DNA of 64,000 nucleotides from a virus. Below, piece by piece: positions 59,378 to 64,000 of this stretch (its first letter is position 1; each line of letters opens with the position of its first letter). A model generated the notes under the pieces. The model was not told the origin of the DNA. It saw only the letters and a program-made list of their open reading frames with translations, and searched no databases. Where the stretch lies: positions 38,830 to 102,829 of IMG/VR virus record IMGVR_UViG_3300050016_000171, one strand, 5' to 3'. Made by a program: the position numbers and the translations under genes.

Positions 59378-60290
59378 GCGGGTTTGCGTAACTGGCGGCG
59401 CTGGCTTTCTGGGATCGCATGTCGTCAATCGTTTGTGGGCGATGGGTTGTTCCAAAGTTTTTATACCCCGCATTCAGGACTACGATTTGCGCCAACGCGA
59501 GGACGCAGTGAGGATGTATCACCACGCGCAGCCGGATGTTGTCATTCATTTGGCGGCGCTCGTAGGCGGCATCGGTGCGAACCGAGCCCTCCCCGGAAAG
59601 TTTTTCTACGACAACGCAATAATGGGGATGCAGTTGATGGACGTCGGGCAGCAGTTCGGCATTCAGAAGTTTGTGCAGATGGGCAGCGCATGCGAGTATC
59701 CCGCGAACGCGCCGATACCCACGCAAGAGACGGATGTGTGGAGCGGTTTCCCCGAGGGCAGCAACGCTCCTTACGGAATAGCCAAACGCGCCCTTCTGGT
59801 TCAGGGCCAAGCGTATCGCGTGCAATACGGCATGAACGTCATTCACATCCTGTCCACGAACCTGTACGGGCCCGGCGACAATTTTGATCTGGGAACGTCC
59901 CACGTTATTCCGGCGATAATCAGTCGGTGCGTGACAGCTAAAGAAACAAACGCCTCCTTTATTACGATGTGGGGAACAGGGCGAGCAACAAGAGACTTCA
60001 TGTTCGTGAAGGACGCCGCGGAAGGAATCATCCAAGCCGCGGAATCCTACAACGAGTCCATGCCCATCAACTTGGGATCGGGCAACGAGAATTCAATTTC
60101 ATATATTGTCGATAGAGTTAAGAGCATAGTCGGTTTCCACGGCGATGTTGTCTGGGACGCCAGCAAGCCCGATGGGCAAGCCCGCCGGGTTCTGGATATT
60201 ACTCGTGCTCGTCAGTTCGGATTTGCACCAAAGACGTTGCTCGAACAAGGGCTGAAAGAGACCATCGAATGGTACGTCCAATCACGCTAG
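59361..60290 (+). CDS. fcl: GDP-L-fucose synthase family epimerase/reductase (Fcl/WcaG/ColC-like)
   Basis: TGGAGFLG, HLAA.VGGIGAN, GS.C.YP, YG.AK, NLYGPGDNF, SHVIPA, WGTG..TRDF, KPDGQ.RR. Confidence 0.92.
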   Translation: MNLRDKRVCVTGGAGFLGSHVVNRLWAMGCSKVFIPRIQDYDLRQREDAVRMYHHAQPDVVIHLAALVGGIGANRALPGKFFYDNAIMGMQLMDVGQQFGIQKFVQMGSACEYPANAPIPTQETDVWSGFPEGSNAPYGIAKRALLVQGQAYRVQYGMNVIHILSTNLYGPGDNFDLGTSHVIPAIISRCVTAKETNASFITMWGTGRATRDFMFVKDAAEGIIQAAESYNESMPINLGSGNENSISYIVDRVKSIVGFHGDVVWDASKPDGQARRVLDITRARQFGFAPKTLLEQGLKETIEWYVQSR

Positions 60291-61453
60291 GCCACCTCGG
60301 CATCAGTTCGAAGGGTCGAGAGTACGTGAACGACGCTCTGGACAACAACCGTTTGTCCCGCGGCAAGTACACGGAAACTTTCGAACGCGAGTTCGCGCAT
60401 CTGCACCAGTCCAAGCACGGCATCTTCATGAACAGCGGAACGAGCGCCCTTCAGGTGGCGCTGGCCGCACTGAAGGAAGTTCACGGATATCAGGATGGGG
60501 ACGAGGTGCTGGTTCCGGCCACGACCTTCATCGCCACATCGAACATCGTGTTGCAGAACAACTTGAAACCGGTGTTTGTGGACGTGCACCCACTTACGTA
60601 CAACATTGATCCCGAGATGATTCGGGAGAAGATTACATCTCGTACGCGCGCGATCATCCCGGTGCATTTGTTCGGGCTCCCCGCGGATATGCGGATGATC
60701 CAGAACATCGCATCAGACAACGACCTTCAGGTGATTGAAGACAGTTGTGAGACCATGTTCGCGCAGACGAATGGCCGATCTGTAGGTTCGTTCGGGCATC
60801 TGTCTTGCTTCAGCACGTACGTAGCCCATCTCGTAGTTGGCGGCGTCGGCGGGCTTGTTCTCACGGACGACGACAAGCTGGCTAAGATTTGCAAGAGCCT
60901 CATGGCTCATGGTCGAGACTCGATCTACACGAGCATCGATGACGACAACAACGTCGGCAGCGGCCTTCAGAACATCATCGAACGCCGCTACAAGTTTGAT
61001 CGTCTGGGCTACTCGTATCGGGCGACGGAGTTGGAAGCAGCAATTGCACTGTCAGAATTGGAACGCTGGGAAGAGAACATCACCCGTCGTCGCCAGAACG
61101 CAGCGTACCTTACGTCTCTGTTGCGAGACGAAGACAACATTTTGCAGCTCCCGTTCATCCCAGAGAACTACACTCACAGTTTCATGATGTACCCCATGGT
61201 GCTGAGCCCGCACTTGGATCGCGATAAGCTGCTGCTGCTTTTGGAAGAGCGCGGCATAGAAACTAGACATCTTTTTCCCTTGCTTTCGCAGCCAATTTAT
61301 GAGAAACTGTTCCCAGGAGAAGCCGAAAAGTATCCTGTGGCACAGAGATTGGCGAAACACGGCTTTTTCATCGGGTGCCATCAGGGTCTTACTAAGGAGG
61401 ACTTAGATTATGTCTCTGAGGTCTTTCATGAATACAACCCGGTGTATCGATGA
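60269..61453 (+). CDS. DegT-family PLP enzyme with His at the catalytic Lys position (ColD-like 3-dehydratase)
   Basis: NSGTSAL, IEDSCE, FSTYVAHLVVGGVGG (His where DegT aminotransferases have Lys), HGR. Confidence 0.8.
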   Translation: MVRPITLGHLGISSKGREYVNDALDNNRLSRGKYTETFEREFAHLHQSKHGIFMNSGTSALQVALAALKEVHGYQDGDEVLVPATTFIATSNIVLQNNLKPVFVDVHPLTYNIDPEMIREKITSRTRAIIPVHLFGLPADMRMIQNIASDNDLQVIEDSCETMFAQTNGRSVGSFGHLSCFSTYVAHLVVGGVGGLVLTDDDKLAKICKSLMAHGRDSIYTSIDDDNNVGSGLQNIIERRYKFDRLGYSYRATELEAAIALSELERWEENITRRRQNAAYLTSLLRDEDNILQLPFIPENYTHSFMMYPMVLSPHLDRDKLLLLLEERGIETRHLFPLLSQPIYEKLFPGEAEKYPVAQRLAKHGFFIGCHQGLTKEDLDYVSEVFHEYNPVYR

Positions 61454-61977
61454 CAACTAAAATTTGTGTCGGCTGCAAAGAGCCGAGGTCATTAGACGAG
61501 TTTTATAAAGATGGGCGACGACTCAATGGTTTGTGGTCTCGATGTATTTTGTGTATTCGTATCGCGAGTAAGACTCCCGAAAGTCGTCTGAAGAGGAACG
61601 CGTATCGTCAAAGCCCGAATGCTCAAACGAGCCTTTTCAAAACGTCCTTGAAAAGAAAGTTTAGAATGTCCCCGGAAGATTATGAATATCTTTTGGACGC
61701 CCAAGATGGCCGATGCGCTTTGTGTAAGAGGGCGTTCGATTCTAAACTCTTGAAATTATCAGTAGACCACGACCACAAACATGTAATTCACTCAGATGGT
61801 GCTGCGGCGGGTTGCATAGAGTGTATTCGGGGTTTGTTGTGTTCCAATTGTAATCGAGTTGTGTTGCCTGTGTTGGAGCGGGACTCAGATTTACAAAGTG
61901 ATGTGGTTAAGAAATATCTATCTCAAAGACCGCTGAAAGAAAAATATGACCGTATCAATTTTGGTGCCGCTCTATAA
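61450..61977 (+). CDS. endonuclease VII-like homing endonuclease
   Basis: N-terminal C..C...EFY...C..C; Q.GRCALC, SVDHDH, IRGLLCSNCN. Confidence 0.85.
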   Translation: MTTKICVGCKEPRSLDEFYKDGRRLNGLWSRCILCIRIASKTPESRLKRNAYRQSPNAQTSLFKTSLKRKFRMSPEDYEYLLDAQDGRCALCKRAFDSKLLKLSVDHDHKHVIHSDGAAAGCIECIRGLLCSNCNRVVLPVLERDSDLQSDVVKKYLSQRPLKEKYDRINFGAAL

Positions 61978-62647
61978 TCAAGCGTCGTTTGTAGCGGAAA
62001 CGTTTGATTCTATTCTTGCGCAAACATATATAGATTGGGAAATAATTTGTGTGAATGACGCCAGCACGGACAACAGTCTTGAAGTGGCCGCAAAGTACGC
62101 AGACAAACATTCCCAGATCCGGGTGATGAGCAACAAGGTGAACCGCGGATTACCCGCGACGAGAAACATCGCCTTAGGCCACTCCGTTGGGGATCTGATC
62201 CTTCCGCTGGACTCCGACGATTGGATCGAGCCCGATTACTTAGAGAAGACAGTGGCGCGCATGATGGATGGTGTGGGTGTTGTCTCGACATGGATTCACA
62301 TTTTTGGACTGGGCCGCGAAAGCACTGGCGCGCCGGGTTCGAGTTACCCGATATTTGTTCCCACGCTGGAGCAGATCACTTCAGGAAACACCTTGGCAGT
62401 ATGCTCCTTGATTCGGCGCGAGACGCTTCTGGAAGTTGGCGGCTGGCCCGAGGACTTTACGCGGGGCTCAGAGGACTGGGCTTTGTGGTGTTCGATTGTG
62501 GCTTTGAATAAGTGGAAGATAGATGTGATTCCGGAATATCTGTTTCATTACCGAGTTCATAAAAACTCAATGTGCAGGTCAAAAACAATGGCCCCCTTTT
62601 CAGAGACATTAGCCCGAATCCAATCTATTTATAGAAAGGAAAAATAA
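61946..62647 (+). CDS. GT2 glycosyltransferase
   Basis: VSILVPLYN, VNDASTD, RN, LDSDD, EDW.LW, YR.H. Confidence 0.92.
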   Translation: MTVSILVPLYNQASFVAETFDSILAQTYIDWEIICVNDASTDNSLEVAAKYADKHSQIRVMSNKVNRGLPATRNIALGHSVGDLILPLDSDDWIEPDYLEKTVARMMDGVGVVSTWIHIFGLGRESTGAPGSSYPIFVPTLEQITSGNTLAVCSLIRRETLLEVGGWPEDFTRGSEDWALWCSIVALNKWKIDVIPEYLFHYRVHKNSMCRSKTMAPFSETLARIQSIYRKEK

Positions 62648-63249
62648 TGTTGGGAACGCTGTATCGTTATCCCCATCCGTATAAATCGGATGCGTTTATT
62701 TACGTAGGCCAAGGACCAAAACGGGATAAATCTCATCGCTCGGCGCTTTCGTCTTTTGGAAAGCGGTTTAGGAAAGAATTTCCGGGTATAGCTTTGCCTC
62801 AGCCGATTCGAGAGAAGATTGAAGTACAGGATTACCTTGAGCTGAACGAACTGGAAACTATTTGGATGTTTCAATATCATACGTGGTACGGCTATGATGG
62901 TGGGATGAATCTTAGACTCCCGGAAGATAAAAATTATAAGAACATAGCCCAGATGGGCGGCAGGGTTGGGGGACGCAAAACGCTAGAGTCAGGAAAACTT
63001 TATAAGTTCTCTACGTCGGACTCTATTAAGGGCGGTAAAGCTTCTGGTCCCGTTAACGGTCGAAGCGGGGGTCGTATCGGCGGGCGTAGAAATGTCGAAA
63101 GCGGGCATCTCGCTCGTCTAAGAAATCCAGAGCATCAGGCGGCAGCTGCTCGATCTCAAACCCATAAACGATTTCACGAAGATCGAAATCGTGCAAATCC
63201 TCGTTGCGTTCTTTGTAGCGAACGAAATCTGATAGTTGCTTTTTCTTAG
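62647..63249 (+). CDS. GIY-YIG-like homing endonuclease
   Basis: LY...IYVGQ..R..H, E..W, G.N; GGR.GG repeats; C-terminal H...H..C..C. Confidence 0.6.
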   Translation: MLGTLYRYPHPYKSDAFIYVGQGPKRDKSHRSALSSFGKRFRKEFPGIALPQPIREKIEVQDYLELNELETIWMFQYHTWYGYDGGMNLRLPEDKNYKNIAQMGGRVGGRKTLESGKLYKFSTSDSIKGGKASGPVNGRSGGRIGGRRNVESGHLARLRNPEHQAAAARSQTHKRFHEDRNRANPRCVLCSERNLIVAFS

Positions 63250-63254
63250 ACTTT

Positions 63255-63971
63255 ATGATACACGACATAGTTCAGGGGTTGTGGGTGACGGGCGATCTCT
63301 CCAACATGGAGAGGCTGAGCATCAATTCCTTTTTGAAGAACGGACACGAGTATGTTCTGTACGTGTACGATTCTGTAGGTCGCATACCCGATGGCGTGAT
63401 CGTCAAGGACGCGAACGAGATTATTCCGCGTGAGCAGTTGTTCTTGGTCCGCGGTGGCTATTCAAGTTTCTCGGATTTCTTCCGATGGAAACTGGTTCTG
63501 GAAAAGGGCGGCTGGTGGGTTGATACCGACGCCGTGTGCCTCAAGCCCTTCGTGTTCGATTCTGAATACGTGTTCATCGGTGGTTTGGGGAAACCGGGAT
63601 CAGACGATTGCATTACGAGTGGGTTGTTCAAGGCGCCCGCGCACAGTCCGATTATGGAGTGGGGCTGGGCGCAGTGTCAGCAAATGAATCCGGCGACTAT
63701 GACGTGGGGCCAAGCAGGCCCTCCTTTGATCACAGAAGCAGTTCACCATTTCGGATATCAGAAGTACATCATACCCGGACGATTGTTCTTTCCCATATTC
63801 TGGGCGGGCGTGCCAAACGACTTTACGAGAGCAGGGGCGTCTATAGATTTCAAGGATGCCTATTCAGTTCATTTCTTCAACGAATTGTGGAGACAGGCCG
63901 GTCGGGACAAGAACGGAACTTATCCCAGCACATCGGTGTTCGAGCAGCTAAAGAAAGAATGGGGATCATGA
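63255..63971 (+). CDS. GT32-like (DxD) alpha-glycosyltransferase
   Basis: W...LS..E.LSI.SF...GH, FSD.FRW..V...GGWWVDTD, WG..GP, HF.NE.WR. Confidence 0.88.
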   Translation: MIHDIVQGLWVTGDLSNMERLSINSFLKNGHEYVLYVYDSVGRIPDGVIVKDANEIIPREQLFLVRGGYSSFSDFFRWKLVLEKGGWWVDTDAVCLKPFVFDSEYVFIGGLGKPGSDDCITSGLFKAPAHSPIMEWGWAQCQQMNPATMTWGQAGPPLITEAVHHFGYQKYIIPGRLFFPIFWAGVPNDFTRAGASIDFKDAYSVHFFNELWRQAGRDKNGTYPSTSVFEQLKKEWGS

Positions 63972-64000
63972 AACGCGCGCTCATCACAGGGATCACGGGC
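63968..64000 (+). CDS. gmd: GDP-mannose 4,6-dehydratase, 5' fragment running off the window
   Basis: MKRALITGITG is the characteristic Gmd N-terminus; operon context with fcl. Confidence 0.75.
   Translation, partial: MKRALITGITG

Noticed and set aside
60269-61453. Perosamine synthase or ordinary DegT aminotransferase
   Set aside because: The Schiff-base Lys position is His.
1-64000. Stop-codon reassignment
   Set aside because: Conserved genes are full length under the standard code, all three stop codons are used and no suppressor tRNA is present.
1-64000. Prophage or host chromosome junction at the sugar genes
   Set aside because: No integrase, att site or housekeeping genes; the sugar genes are contiguous with virion genes and interrupted by phage-type endonucleases.

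Overview
This window is a 64-kb segment of a large lytic-type tailed dsDNA bacteriophage; no integrase, terminase, capsid or portal gene is visible in it. It has two divergent arms. The minus-strand arm (about 1-47,000) carries early, replication and accessory genes: SNF2 and UvrD helicases, a family-A DNA polymerase, a Prim-Pol/helicase, a RecT-like annealing protein, a PD-(D/E)XK nuclease, DNA ligase, dNMP kinase, an HD phosphohydrolase, two RNA ligases plus PNK, a Pth2-like hydrolase, a GH108 endolysin, two MT-A70 genes and several HNH/EndoVII nucleases. These are driven by about ten near-consensus TTGACA-N17-TAnnnT promoters. At the strand switch (47.4-48.6 kb) lies a non-coding block with 12 copies of a 12-bp iteron-like repeat, IHF-like sites and a G-quadruplex motif, probably the origin and/or genome terminus. 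The plus-strand arm starts with an RNA island of six tRNAs and several unexplained structured RNAs, including tRNA mimics. It continues with an Ig-domain gene, groES, a DUF3494 ice-binding protein, virion proteins and a glycosylation cluster whose enzymes point to GDP-L-colitose synthesis and transfer. The strongest novelty candidates are: (i) the phage colitose/glycan pathway next to virion genes; (ii) the ncRNA island with anticodon-less and permuted tRNA-like elements; (iii) a nested-start Ig gene that may polymerise by donor-strand complementation; (iv) a METTL3/METTL14-like MT-A70 pair; (v) a start-less hipB-like fragment captured in antisense; and (vi) a recurrent 27-bp motif that may control late genes. 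All calls were made by eye from motifs; no database searches were run.
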